Shown here: positions 1 to 13,477 of the stretch, one piece after another | Position numbering within the stretch: the first letter of the stretch is position 1 | How the letters are laid out: each line of letters starts with the position of its first letter | Assembly: GCF_009914755.1 (NCBI RefSeq) | Contig: NC_060935.1 | Length of the DNA: 64,000 bases | Reading direction: 5' to 3' (one strand) | DNA from: the human T2T-CHM13v2.0 reference genome, Homo sapiens | Position numbers and translations under genes: made by a program | The notes under the pieces: generated by a model | The model's input: only the letters and a program-made list of their open reading frames with translations | What the model was told of the DNA's origin: nothing | Database searches by the model: none

Positions 1-2351
1 GAGTAAAGTTCCTACCCCTGTCTCCTTCTCTACCTCCTCTTTAAGGCAAATGATTCTTAGATTTGCCCTTTTCAGGCTATTTTCTAGATCCTGAAGTTGT
101 GCTTCATTATTTTTTATCCCTTTTTCTTTTGTCTCCCCGACTATATTTTCAGATAGTCTCTCTTTAAGCTCCACAATTCTTTCTTCTCCTTGATCAGTCC
201 TGCTATTAGAAGACTCTGATGCATTCTTCAGTATGCCAATTGCGTTTTTCCACTCTAGAATTTCTACTTGATTCTTTTTAATTACTTCAATCTCTTTGCT
301 AAACTTACTTGATAGAACTCTGAATTCTTTTTCTGTTTTATATTGAATTTCCTCGAATTCATCCACATAGCTAATATGAAGTCTCTGTATAAAGGGTCGT
401 GTATCTCTGTTTCTCCAGGTTTGGTCCCTGGTGCCTTATTTAGTTCATTTGGTGAGGTCATATTTTCCTGGAGTCCCTTGATGCTTGTAGATATTTGTCT
501 ATGTCTAGGCACTGAAGAGTTAAATATTTATTGTAGTCTTGTGGGTCTGGATTTGTTTGTACTCATCTTTCTTGGGAAGGCTTTCCAGATATTCACAAGG
601 ACTTGGGTGTTGTGATCTAAACTGTACCTGCTTTACAGGGTACCAAAGCCCAGTAATCCTCTGTTTCTTGAGGACTTGTTGAGGTACCACCTTGATGGTT
701 TTGAACAAGATCCAGAGGAATTCTCTGGATTACTAGGCGGAGACTCTTGTTTTCTTCCCATACTTTCTCCCAGATGAAGAAGTCTCTTTCTGCTCCAAGC
801 CAGCTGGAGCTGCGGGTGGAATGACACAAACCCTGCTATTGCCACCACTTGTGGGACTGTGCTGAGTCAGACTGGAAGCCAGCACAACACTGGGTCTTGC
901 CCAAGGCATGCTATAACCACTCCCTGGCTACCACTTTTGTTTGCTGAAAGCCATGGGGCTCTATAATCAGCAGGTGGCAAAGCCAGCTGGGCTTATGTCC
1001 TTTCCTTCAGGGTAGTGAGTTCCCTCAGGCCCTGGGCAGGTGCACAGGTGCTGTCCAGGAGCCAGAGACAAGAGTCAAAAATCTTAGAAGTCCACTTGGT
1101 GTTCTATTATGCTGTGGCTGACGTGACACTCAAACCATAAGATGCAGTCCTTCCACTCTTCCCTTTCCTTTCCAAAGGTAGAAGAGTCTCACCCCATGAC
1201 CTCCAACACCTCTGGCCCACAGGGAGTATAGCCAGACTGCTGCCAATGTTCCCTTAAAGCCCAAGGGCTCTTCAGTCAACTTGTGGTGAATGCTGCCTGG
1301 CCTGGGACTCACCCTTCAGAGAGGGGGCTCCCCTATGGCCCAGGGTCTTGTCCTGTAGCCACCACTTTAGGAATATGCTGAGTCTCACTTGAGACCAGCT
1401 AGTCTCAGTGTCTCAGCCAAGGCCCTTGATGTACTACCTTTGTATTACTGATAGTTATTCAGGGCCCAAGGGCTCTTCAGTTAGCAGGTGATGAACACTA
1501 TAAGGATTGGGTCATTCCTTTCAAGGCAGCAGGTTTTCTTCTGACCAAGAGTATGTCTAGAAATGTCCAAGGGCTAGGCCTGGAAAGGGCCCTCATGCCT
1601 CTGACTGGTTCCCTATCCTGCTTGGCTGAGCTGGTATCCAAGATGCAAAACAAAATCATTCCCACTCTTCCATCTCTTTTCAGCTGGTAGGAAGAGATCT
1701 CTTTTGGAGCCTCAAGCTGTGCAGCCTGGAGTTATGGGAGGAGTGATGCCAGCACTCTCAGAGCCACCCTGGCTAGTGTCTCAGTAGGTCATATGACCCC
1801 CCAAGCCCACTGTCTCTGGACTCAGTTCAGCACTGGGACTCACTTAAATGTTGCAGTCCTTGTGGCTAGTCAGCCTTTCCAGTTTATTTGGAGCCCCAGA
1901 ACAATTTAGCCCATAGTGGTTAGGCTTGTGGGAACTCAAGTTCCAACCACCAGGATTGGCAACTCCCCTCTGGCTAGGGCTGGTTTAAATGCACCCTCCA
2001 TGGGTGGGTGCCAGTTGAGTTTGGTCTGCTTTTGCTCTGTGCTATAACAAGGGGAGGACTGAGTTCAATGCCTTACAATTACTGGCTATCCCTCTCCTCA
2101 GGGCACAGAAACACTCTGCACCACACTGCCCTGCCAGAGGATGGGGGAACAGTGGTGTTGGTGATACAAGACTGTTTTTCCTGCCTCTTCTGTGTCTCTT
2201 TTAGCAATATGAAGTTGAAACTAAGTACTGTGGGTGTTCACCTGATTTTTGGTTCCTATGAACGTTCTTTTTTTGTGTAGGTAGCTGTTAAAATGGTGTC
2301 CTTGCCAGGGGGATGATTGGTGGAACCTAGTCCACCATTTTGCTCCACCCC
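1..2351 (-). mobile_element. Old L1 (L1M/L1MA-type) 5' portion: 5'UTR plus ORF1 remnant, antisense, continuing beyond the window edge
   Basis: The minus-strand ORF 282..512 (..IKGLQENMTSPNELNKAPGTKPGETEI..) resembles an L1 ORF1 N-terminus. The element ends in ccaccattttgctccacccc, the reverse complement of an L1 5' terminus GGGGTGGAGCAAAATGG. Confidence 0.75.
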
Positions 2352-2359
2352 AACCAACA

Positions 2360-3730
2360 AGAATCTCAAGACAGTCTCTTCCATACATGTTGTTGGAAAA
2401 ACTGGGATATCCACATGCAGAAGAATGAAACTGGACCCTTCTCTCACACCATAAACAAAAAAGAGCAACTCAAAATGAATAAAGGTTTAAATGTAAGAGC
2501 TGAAACCGTAAAACTAGAAGAAAATGGGAGGAGCAATGATTTCTTGGATATGATCCTGAAAGCACGGGCAACAAAACAAAAAATAGACAAACGGGATTAC
2601 ATCAAACTAGAAAGCTTCTGCACAGGAAAGGAAACAATTAGGGTGGAGATTCAACTCACAGATTGGGAGAAAATATTTGCAAACAATAATCTGATGGTTT
2701 GCAAATCATAATATATTTTGGTTACATCCAAAATATATTAGGAACTTTAATAACTTAATAGCAAAAAAATTGATGTGATTAAAAAATGGACAAAGTATCT
2801 AAATAGACATTTCTCAAAACAAGACATACAAATGGCCTATAGGTATATGAAAAAATGATCAATATTTTTAATCTTTAGGAAAATGTAAATTAAAACCGCA
2901 ATGAGATACTGCCACACACCTGTTACAATGGCTGTCATAAAAAAGATGAAAGATAACAAGTGTTGGTGAGGATATGGAGAAAAGGGAACCCTAGTACACT
3001 GTTTATGGGAATGTAAATTAGTATGGTCATTAAGGGAAATAGTAAGGAGTTTCCTCAAAAAACTAAAAAAATAGAACCACCGCATGATCCCAAATCCCAC
3101 TTCTGGTAGTGTTTTTAAAGGAAATAATGCCAGCATGTTGAAGAGATATCTGTACTCCCATGTTTATTGCAGCATTATTCACAATAGCCAAGATATGAAA
3201 TCAATCTAAGTATTTATCAGTGAATGAGTGGATAAAGGAAATGTGGTATATATACACAATACAACATGATATGGCATTACAAGAGAAGGAAATTCTGTCA
3301 TTTGCAAAGACTTGGGTGAACATGGAGGACATTATGTTAAATGAAATAAGCCAGGCATAGAAAGACAAATACTACATGATCTCATGTACGTGTGGAATCT
3401 AAATAATCACACTCAAACTCATAGAAGTAGAGAGTTGAATTTTGGTAACTAGAGGATGGGGACAGTGGCTAGACAAGGGAGAAGTTGATCAAAGAGTACA
3501 AAATTTCAATTCGCCACAGGAATAAGTTTTAAAGATCTGTTGCACAACATGGTGACTATAGTTAATAATATATATTTCAAAATCGCTAAGAGAGTAGATT
3601 TTTAAACGTTCTCACTACAAAAAATAAGTCGGTGATGTGATAGATATGTTAATTAGCTTCATTTGTTCATTTCACAGTATGCACATATATCAAATATCAC
3701 ATTGTACAAATAAATAAATAAATATATATG
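2360..3730 (+). mobile_element. L1MA-type 3' end (ORF2 C-terminus plus 3'UTR)
   Basis: The ORF2-like peptide CCWKNWDIHMQ..DYIKLESFCTGKETI is present, with L1MA 3'UTR motifs (gatctgttgcacaacatggtgactatagttaataat) and an A-rich tail. Confidence 0.8.
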
Positions 3731-3779
3731 TTTATAGTATCATTTGTAAAGCAAAAAAATCAAGGCAAAATGTTTGAAT

Positions 3780-4640
3780 TATGAAATGGAACACCAATAT
3801 AGCCACAAATCAGGTCAAGAAGTAGAAGATTGCTAGCCCTTCCTCGACCCAATATTTCTCTTCCCAGTCACACCTCTATCATACCTCTCAAAGCCAACAC
3901 TAACGTGGCTTTTTTGATAAAACTTCTTTGCTTTTCTTTATACTTTTATACATTTACCACCTAAGTGCACACCCTTAGTTTTGCTTATTTTTAAAGTTTA
4001 AATCAAGCAATAATACAGTGTGTAATCATTTGCATTTGGAGTCTTTGACTCAACATTGGGTTTGTAAGATTTGTTCATGTTGTTATCTGTGCCTGTAACT
4101 CATTATTTTCATTGCCGTATTAGCTCGTTATATGAATATACCATCAATTTTTAAATCCATTCTATTATTGATGAACATTTGGCTTGTTACCAATTTTGTG
4201 CTGTTACAAATAATGCTTTATTAACACTCTTTATGATGTGTCTTCCAATGTACAAGTGCACACTTTTGTTTTGGATTTCTACCTAAAAGTGGAGTCTGAG
4301 TCATGGCATGCATATATATATATATATATATATATATTCAACATTAGTAGATAACATCCAATAGTTTTCCAACATACACTTAAAAAACAAATATACATTT
4401 CTACCAGTGGGCATGAGTGATCCCACTCCTCTATATTGACAGCAAATACTGGGTATTGACAGTCTTTAATTTTAGCCATGCAGAGAGCATTGCCATGGTA
4501 TTTTGTTGTGGTTTTACATATTTTTTTCAGATAACTAAGAGGTGAACCACCTCCCAACTTTCTTACATGTTTACTTTCCATCTTTTCTGAAGTGCTTGTT
4601 TAAGTCTCACATGGTAGTCTGTCTTTATTTTGTTTATCTT
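3780..4640 (-). mobile_element. Highly diverged L1M/L1ME 3' fragment containing a (TA)n microsatellite at ~4312-4337
   Basis: Motifs such as tccattctattattgatgaacatttggcttgtt..gctgttacaaataatgct are typical of an antisense old L1 3' region. Confidence 0.55.
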
Positions 4641-5418
4641 ATAAGGTATTTCCTTATATATTCTGTATCAGTCCTGGTTCTCTGAGAAGCAGATGCTAAT
4701 TTGGAAATACTATGCAGCTACTAAGATAAATATGCAAGAGATTTATTGGGGAAAAACTAGTGAAGGATGGTGGGAGAAGCTACCAGGAATAATTCAGGTG
4801 TAACTCCTATGAAGGAGAGAGGGAGGGGAAAAAAAAGGTAGGTTCCAGATTACAATGTATCTCTAAGTAAATTTTGTCAAGACTGACAGGGAGTCTTTGA
4901 GTTAAAGGTGTAGAGTGGAGATTGCAGGTTGGGGAAGGGAATTTTGAAGAAATTGAGAAAGGTTGTACATGGTTCTTGAGAGTTGGGAACTCGTGTCGAC
5001 TAAAGCAATATACTAGGATTGCTGAGCAATATTGATGTGCCTTTTGAAGTTGGTGACACAAATTTATACAAACTAAATCTTCCCTATTTTGTGACTTTCT
5101 GGATGCTTTCAGAAAGGTCTGGTGAAGGCTTAGAATAAAATTCATCTAGTGTGGGAGAATTGCAGGGTGCATGTGGCAATACAGACAAGGGTATCGGAAA
5201 TGTAAAAGGTTACAAATGTTTACAAACATAAATTGTTACAAAGTTTGTTGCATATATGATAAGTATTAAACATGTCTATCCCTCTTACTCAACAATTCTA
5301 TTGTATAACATGTGGGACTATATCTGTTGGATTAATTCCTAAAAGTGGGATTGTTGGGCTTAGGCAGGAAGGTAAAGCAATGCCGCCTTTTTGGAGAGAA
5401 ATTTTCAACATTTATCAA

Positions 5419-6072
5419 TGAAACTGAAAAGTTAATTTGATTAGGTCTTCCTGCCTTGCTTCCTTTTGGTTGTTTGCTTTTTGTTATTGTTTTTCCTTTT
5501 TCCATAAAGCTGAAGGCCAGGATAGTTGAAAAGAGTACAAGAGTTTATAGAAAACTTGGTAGAGTTCCAATTTAGTAGATGTTTCCTACTTTGTAGATAA
5601 CATTCATAGGTCACTGTAGCAATGGTTGTTTCAGTTGTTTTTCAGGAACTTGGGTCAGCTCCTGTCCATTTCAAACCAGTGAGACCACTGACCCTTGAAT
5701 TGGACCTGCACAGTACTGGAGAGGTGTCATTTTGACATCGGAGGCCAAACACCTCCACCTTCAGATTAGGCTAACGTTACAATTTTCTGTACATATGTCC
5801 TATGAAATGCCCTGAACCCTGACTATGCTTCCTCAGAGCAACCCCATTACTTCATTTTCCCCCACTGCCAGTCACCTTTCTCCATGCTTTAGACCACCCC
5901 ACTTCCCTAACCCATAAATACCCCTAAGCCTTATCTTTGGGGAGGCAGGTTTGAGAGCTGCTCCTCCTGCCTGCTTGCTTTGCAAATAAATCTTTTCTCC
6001 TTGACAAAACCCGAGTTGCAGTGATTGATTTACTGTAGGTGGGCAGAATGGACCTGGACCTGGCCAGTAATG
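5419..6072 (+). mobile_element. ERV1 (MER4-group) solo LTR, family uncertain
   Basis: It starts TG, has a TATA-like cccataaatacccc (~5911) and AATAAA (~5985), and ends ggacctggacctggccagtaatg, a decayed form of ..GTAACA. It interrupts an old L1 fragment. Confidence 0.55.
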
Positions 6073-6604
6073 TCGGCATTAAAAATATTTATACAATTTA
6101 CCCAGCAATTCCTTATATTTGATTTTGTAATTATTCTATTTGTTTAGTTTTTCTTCCTGTTTTGGTTGGCAGGTGGCCACTGCCCCTTTTAGAATATAAA
6201 CTCCATGCTGCTGGGAGCCAGGTTCATCATATTCACCATGATATTCCTGGCATTTAGCAAAGTGTTGTCTTTTATTAGCTAGGGCCTGAGTAATAAATAC
6301 TGAATGATCAAAATGGTGGAAGTGTAATTCCAATTCAGATTGTTCTGACTGTAGTTCCCTTGATATTTTAGCATGCTACATAGTAGAGGTGTGGATAATG
6401 GACAGTGATTCTTCTCTCTTTGCTTTGAAGGGGGGAGACAAAAGAGAAGATGGATGTGAGAGGGCCTAGGACCATGCCTAGAATGCAAGAGATGCTCAAT
6501 AAGTGCTGCTGATTTTGTTGTTGTTCAGTCAGTGATTTCCTTATAAACACTGACCCTTCAATATCAGGTTCTGAAATATCCTAGTTTCCTTCCTTCTGGA
6601 TAAT

Positions 6605-6810
6605 TTGTGAACTCTCCCTAGAGACTAGAAGGACATTTGGTACTTTTAGAAGGAAGAATGCAAGTTATTTCCTTGTGAGACCAAAACTCTATTCAAGGGG
6701 ACTAATTAAATGATGGCATCAATGTTGTTCTCACCTGTGAACAAGGCTCATTCTGACACCACTTCAGCAAGAGATCCTGTGAGGGAGAATTTGTCTCCCT
6801 TGGAGAGGCG
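6605..6810. promoter_or_regulatory. Candidate OR promoter/enhancer: homeodomain (Lhx2) plus O/E (Ebf) motif cluster
   Basis: 6691-6710 reads TTTAATTAGTCCCCTTGAAT on the minus strand, a TAATTA directly abutting an O/E-like site. Further O/E-like sites lie at ~6613 (ctccctagaga), ~6669 (ttccttgtgaga) and ~6796 (tcccttggaga). The DNA looks non-repetitive and lies ~3.9 kb upstream of the OR4C3 ATG. Confidence 0.4.
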
Positions 6811-7094
6811 GAAAGCATACAGTACTAATAATCCCTATGTTCTCATTTCTACCTTATAAATAATAAGCCTTTGCGGTGGAGGGAGAAAGATTTTCTGAGA
6901 CTGTGCTGGTGAATATTCTTAGCAGAAAGCAGAGTTAACAAGTCAGCTATTCCTTCTGTGAGGCTTTTCTCTTGAATTTTAGTGGCAGTGCTTTTTGACT
7001 TGTCAAAGCCTGGGGAGTAAAAGTGGAAGGTGGTGGCTGTATTGGGAAGGGGACAGTCTGGGTGATGAGCCACCCAGGTTCCAGCTGTGTCTCT

Positions 7095-7213
7095 GTCACC
7101 TATTACTCATGTGACTTTAGATAAACTGCATTTCATCTTTCTGAGTCTCAAAGCTGAGTCACCAATCACTCATGTGACTTTAGATAAACTGCACTTAATT
7201 TTTCTGAGTCTCA
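7095..7213. repeat. Two-copy tandem duplication (period 63 bp) in a MIR-like fragment
   Basis: gtcacc..actcatgtgactttagataaactgca..tttctgagtctca occurs at 7095-7150 and again at 7158-7213. Confidence 0.85.
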
Positions 7214-8429
7214 GATCCACCATTTACATGGAGGCCATTGAAAAGAGTTTGAAATGTCATAGGATTCTTCAGCAAATAAAAGGGAAGTAAGATGCTACTC
7301 TTGGAGGAAACTGGGTGAAGGGCTCCTGAGATTGACTCTATCAACTATTTTTGCATCTTCTTGTAAGCCTACATTATTTCAAAATAAAAAGTTGAAAAAA
7401 AGAAAATGAAATATAAACTTTTTCAGATATGCAAAAACTAAAAGAATTCATCACCAGCACACCTGCTCAAGAAATATTAAAAGAAGCGCTTCAGGCAGAG
7501 GCAAAAATAATACCTAAGCAAAGGAATAAAAAGCACCAGAAATGGTAAATATGTGGGTAAATACAAAAAAAAAAAAAAAAAGGGAAATGGATGATGGAAC
7601 AAATTCCCAGCTGCTTATAAATAAATGACCCCCTTTTGGGATTTTACCTAGTACAATTCTAAGAGACTCTCAGCTTAGCTGAGTTTCTGTAATCAATAGC
7701 AACTTCCTAGCCTGTGCTTTGCCTCAATGTAAAAAGCAATTTGAATCTCTCCAGGAATTTAAAAACATGAACTATTGAAATTCAGGATCATACGCTTGGA
7801 GTTGGCCTTGATGACATTTTAAACACTCTTCCAGGTACATCATTCCATGATGTTCGAATGTAGAAAAAAAAATCTGAAGACCTGTTAGTCTGTTGGTGTC
7901 CCCAGATCCAGTCAATGTAAGTTTTCTATAATGTATTTTTACAATAAAATGCAAGAAAAATGCAACCCAAATAAAAATACAATGGAATTAACTTACTAGA
8001 ATTCTCATTATTTTCCACAAAATAATTTTATTTTTCATGGATAATTCAAACAGGAGACTTTCTTTCTTTACTAATTTTTAACAAGTACTTTATCTGACAT
8101 TCCCACAAATTTGAATCACAGAGATGAATCAGCTTATCATTTTCATTTCTGGGCATATAAATCCATTATTTGTCTACATTGTATACCACTCACACTGATT
8201 ACATTTTCTCTACCACTGCTGTGTTCTGCATGAGGATCAGTATTAGAGCATTTTTCATATTTATAATGAAACTATACCCATATTAATACCTGCTTAGTCC
8301 TGAATGTATACATTTAAGTTTTTGTCTCCTTAAGCCATATGAAGAATTTATTGCCCGGGATGACGACGATGGTCATAGAGACTCCATGTATTGAATGTTT
8401 ACTGTACAAATGCTTGATATACATTGCTT

Positions 8430-8790
8430 TTTATGTCTCTCTGCAGCCTCAGGGTGTTGCTGTACTCTTATCTTCATTTTACAGATAAGAACATTGAGTC
8501 TCAAGAAGTTGTTCATAGTAACACAGCCAATAAAATGGCAGAGAAGGGGAGGGATTCAAACCCGATGTGTTTAAGTGACAGTATGGTACTGTGAAGCCCA
8601 CAAACTCTGTGGCAAGACTGCCTCAGTACAAGCCCCAGTTCTGTCACTGATTAGTTAAGCATTTCTTACTTTCTTCCTCTGAAAATGAGGATAAAAACAG
8701 TAATCTACTTCATGGGAATGATGTGAGGATTAAACAAGCTGACCTATGTAAGTGTTTGGATAGTGCTTGGCAAAGGCTAAATTCTATGTA
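8430..8790. mobile_element. MIR fragments in opposite orientations
   Basis: MIR core motifs cattttacagataagaacattgag and ctctgaaaatgaggataaaaacagtaatctacttcat..gtgaggattaaa are present. Confidence 0.6.
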
Positions 8791-9151
8791 GGTGTTTCCT
8801 CTCATCACTGTTGTCTGTGTTTTTGGCCATAATGTTCTACCTTCAAAAAGTCCCCATCAGACTTGTCACTTGCAGGAGCTATATTTACCTTCTTGCAATG
8901 AAGTGTAGAGAGAGAAAAAGGTAGCAGTTTCATGATCAGTATATGAATTTTCTCTCCAGTGTTTCTATATATCTGGGTACCTCTTTCTTCTTCTGACACT
9001 TGATGGTTCTCCTTTAATTCTTGTCATACTGAGCATTAAATCTGCAGCAAGTTGGAGGATTCAACTACTTTAAGAAGACCTATGTTTCCAGGAAAAGGAT
9101 AGGGTGGTGGAGAGGGTTAGTGACAGTTTCAAAATTTAAGATAGGCACAGG

Positions 9152-9644
9152 TGTTACCAAAGTGCCAGGGGTTTTGTCTAGGTCCTGCTGTTGGCCACAC
9201 AGAAAGCCAATTACTGAGATGAGTATTCCTGGGGAAAAAGGCTTTAATTGGGTATTGCAGTTGGAAGGTAGATTAGTCTCAAATCAGTCTCCTCAACCAA
9301 CTGAAATTAGGGGTTTATATAGCAGGGAGGAAACGTTAACTGTTAAAACAGGAGTTAGAGACAGGTAAGGAAGAGGAGTTGGACAATAAGAAGTAGGTGG
9401 TCGGTTAGGAAAACAGGGAGGGCTAAGGAAGCAATTATGATAAATATGGAGTCTGATATCTTATTGCCTGAATACAGTGATTTGGTGAGTTTTAGTTTTT
9501 TGATAGTTTTTGGGATGTCTGAGGGTGAATGTTTTGAGGAGGGAATTCAGATAAGAGAAATGTAAATTTTAAGACCAGAAGAGCAATTTTTAAGTCCCTC
9601 CAACAAACCCCACAACTATCTACTGGACTATTAGGTCTATTTCA
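9152..9644 (-). mobile_element. LOR1-type ERV1 solo LTR
   Basis: It begins tgttaccaaa..ggggttttgtctaggtcctgctg..cacagaaagccaat (reverse complement of the LOR1 3' end) and ends ..tttca. The 4-bp TSD is cagg/tagg. Confidence 0.7.
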
Positions 9645-9982
9645 TAGGCATTTCCTTAGTATCATTAGGGGAATAAAGGGTGAGTAGGAATATTCTGCCA
9701 CATAAGGTTATAACTGATAGCTGGTTAAGACAGGGCATCTGTTCCCTCCGCCCTTGTAGCTTCCCTTATGTAGTTATAGGCAGATAATCATCTACTAGTA
9801 CCTTTCACTGATACTCCCCTTTTTTTAAATTTTGTTTTTTACTTTGAGTCCTCCCCGTAGATTGCAGGGGGACTAGTAGTCCTTAACTAGAAGGATTACA
9901 CCAAGGTCAGAGAAAGCAAAACTCAGAAGTATGTAAAAATGTACAAAACAAGGGGGAGGAGAAAGCTAAGTTGTCTTCCTAG

Positions 9983-10044
9983 GCATGATGCTATTCACAG
10001 TATGCAGATGCAGCAAATGAGAAAGTAGAGAAGTAGAGAATTTG
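9983..10044 (+). other. Candidate 5' non-coding exon of OR4C3
   Basis: Acceptor ttgtcttcctag|G and consensus donor TTG|GTAAGT flank 62 bp. A downstream acceptor ctccttgtctttatag|G (10576/10577) lies 38 nt before the OR4C3 ATG. Confidence 0.35.
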
Positions 10045-10614
10045 GTAAGTTTCTAGCCACAACCAAGTCAGTTTCTTCCAATCCTGCTTTAGTTTGTTTT
10101 ATATCAATTTGTATTAGCATTGGAAAAACCAACAAAAAGTGTAACCAACCTCATTGCAAACCCCAAGAAGAAAGTTTAATTCAAAGTATGGACCATACAT
10201 GCAGAGATTTCAGGAGATTTCAGGAGGTCTTAACTCTACATGTTTTTCTCAAGTGTGATCTAATCTATGTTGAAAGTGATCAGAGATTTACTCCAGTTTG
10301 AAATGGAAAATAAATGTCTGATAAATGTTCAATCCCAGCAGCCACAAAAATGCAAATTTAGATAATTAAGTTATTATTTTCATCTAATAACTGAGATATG
10401 TGGTGCCCAGTGATGCTAAAGTTAACAGACATTTTGTGGTCAGAAGATTAAATTTGTATAAGAATTTTGGAACAGAAGAGGGTTAAGAGGAACAAAGGAT
10501 ATATTAAAGGAAAACTTGCAATGTTTTTCCCCCATGCAATTAGTTCTATTACTTATGTTTCTCCTTGTCTTTATAGGCAATACTGCACCTGCATTCTCAG
10601 TGACCTTGGAATCT

Positions 10615-11523
10615 ATGGACATACCACAAAATATCACAGAATTTTTCATGCTGGGGCTCTCACAGAACTCAGAGGTACAGAGAGTTCTCTTTGTGGTCTT
10701 TTTGCTGATCTATGTGGTCACGGTTTGTGGCAACATGCTCATTGTGGTCACTATCACCTCCAGCCCCACGCTGGCTTCCCCTGTGTATTTTTTCCTGGCC
10801 AACCTATCCTTTATTGACACCTTTTATTCTTCTTCTATGGCTCCTAAACTCATTGCTGACTCATTGTATGAGGGGAGAACCATCTCTTATGAGTGCTGCA
10901 TGGCTCAGCTCTTTGGAGCTCATTTTTTGGGAGGTGTTGAGATCATTCTGCTCACAGTGATGGCTTATGACCGCTATGTGGCCATCTGTAAGCCCCTGCA
11001 CAATACTACCATCATGACCAGGCATCTCTGTGCCATGCTTGTAGGGGTGGCTTGGCTTGGGGGCTTCCTGCATTCATTGGTTCAGCTCCTCCTGGTCCTT
11101 TGGTTGCCCTTCTGTGGGCCCAATGTGATCAATCACTTTGCCTGTGACTTGTACCCTTTGCTGGAAGTTGCCTGCACCAATACGTATGTCATTGGTCTGC
11201 TGGTGGTTGCCAACAGTGGTTTAATCTGCCTGTTGAACTTCCTCATGCTGGCTGCCTCCTACATTGTCATCCTGTACTCCTTGAGGTCCCACAGTGCAGA
11301 TGGGAGATGCAAAGCCCTCTCCACCTGTGGAGCCCACTTCATTGTTGTTGCCTTGTTCTTTGTGCCCTGTATATTTACTTATGTGCATCCATTTTCTACT
11401 TTACCTATAGACAAAAATATGGCATTATTTTATGGTATTCTGACACCTATGTTGAATCCACTCATTTATACCCTGAGAAATGAAGAGGTAAAAAATGCCA
11501 TGAGAAAGCTCTTTACATGGTAA
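10615..11523 (+). CDS. OR4C3: Olfactory receptor family 4 subfamily C member 3 (302 aa from MDIPQNIT; the in-frame upstream ATG at 10534 gives 329 aa)
   Basis: An intact single-exon 7TM ORF with OR motifs: N-glycosylation site [48 protein letters not shown] and [12 protein letters not shown]. The protein is recognised as OR4C3. Confidence 0.95.
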   Translation: MDIPQNITEFFMLGLSQNSEVQRVLFVVFLLIYVVTVCGNMLIVVTITSSPTLASPVYFFLANLSFIDTFYSSSMAPKLIADSLYEGRTISYECCMAQLFGAHFLGGVEIILLTVMAYDRYVAICKPLHNTTIMTRHLCAMLVGVAWLGGFLHSLVQLLLVLWLPFCGPNVINHFACDLYPLLEVACTNTYVIGLLVVANSGLICLLNFLMLAASYIVILYSLRSHSADGRCKALSTCGAHFIVVALFFVPCIFTYVHPFSTLPIDKNMALFYGILTPMLNPLIYTLRNEEVKNAMRKLFTW

Positions 11524-11624
11524 GAAATTGCAGGTGGAAAATGAGTGGTAAAGCAGGAAATAAAAATGACTTTATTTTTGTAAGTGAAACAAACCAAGCC
11601 TTACTTTTTTTGTATCATGTATAG

Positions 11625-12092
<468 letters not shown>

Positions 12093-12271
12093 TAGTTGGT
12101 CAATTAATCAAGATTATCAATTTTTGAAGTGACTAAACCAAAGCTTAAAATGAGTTATTTTTGATCCATCATCCAGATCTTTAAGTAGCAATCCATGTTG
12201 ACATCATTTGAGTCTGTGTGATAATTAATTGAGTTGTAGAAACACGAGGCAAAATGTTACTTAACACTTAG

Positions 12272-12718
<447 letters not shown>

Positions 12719-13081
12719 CTTTCTTTAATTTTTTTAAAAGTTCCAGGGTACATGTGCAGGATGTGCAGGCTTGTTACATAGGTAAACGTGTGCCATGGTG
12801 ATTTGCTGCACCTATCAACTCATCACCTAGATATTAAGCCCAGCATACATTAGCTCTTTTCTCTAATGCTCTCCCTCCCCACCCTCCCCTGACAGGCTCC
12901 AGGGAGTGTTGTTCCCCTCCCTGTGTCCACGTGTTCTCATTGTTCAGCTCCCACCCATAAGTGAGAACATGCAGTGTTTGGTTTTCTGTTCCTGCCTTAG
13001 TTTGCTGAAGATAATGGCTTCCAGCTCCATCTATGTTCCTGCAAAGGACATGATCTCATTCCTTTTTATGGTTGCATAGTA
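12719..13081 (-). mobile_element. 5'-truncated L1PA 3' end
   Basis: Antisense L1PA 3'UTR. The TSD ttgaa(t/g)cttattttct at 12408-12423 and 13082-13097 encloses both this L1 and the Alu. Confidence 0.85.
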
Positions 13082-13477
13082 TTGAAGCTTATTTTCTATG
13101 CTTGCTAGTGGCATGATCTTGAGTAAAATGATGAGATTTCTAGAAACCTCTGATGCCTGTCTTTAAAGTAAAAGTAAAGATATTTTAGATTACAAGTATA
13201 AGTGAGGTCATGCAGTATTTGTCTATCTGTGTCTGACTTATTTCACTTAGCATAATGTCTTCCAGGTCCGTATACCTTGCTGCAAATGACAGAACTTCTT
13301 TCTTTTTTAAGGTGTCACCTATATACCTCAATAAAGCTGGGGAAATAAAAGATAATGAGAATACATGTCTCAAAGTGTTATTGTGACAATTAGATTAATC
13401 TCTCTAAAGTTCTTAAAGCAGTTTCTGGAATGTGGTGAACTCCCAATATGCTTATTTGATATTATCATGTCTACCTC

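Noticed and set aside
10467-11073. Alternative-frame and antisense ORFs overlapping OR4C3 (and likewise OR4C5)
   Set aside because: These are shadow ORFs of OR codon usage with no independent support.
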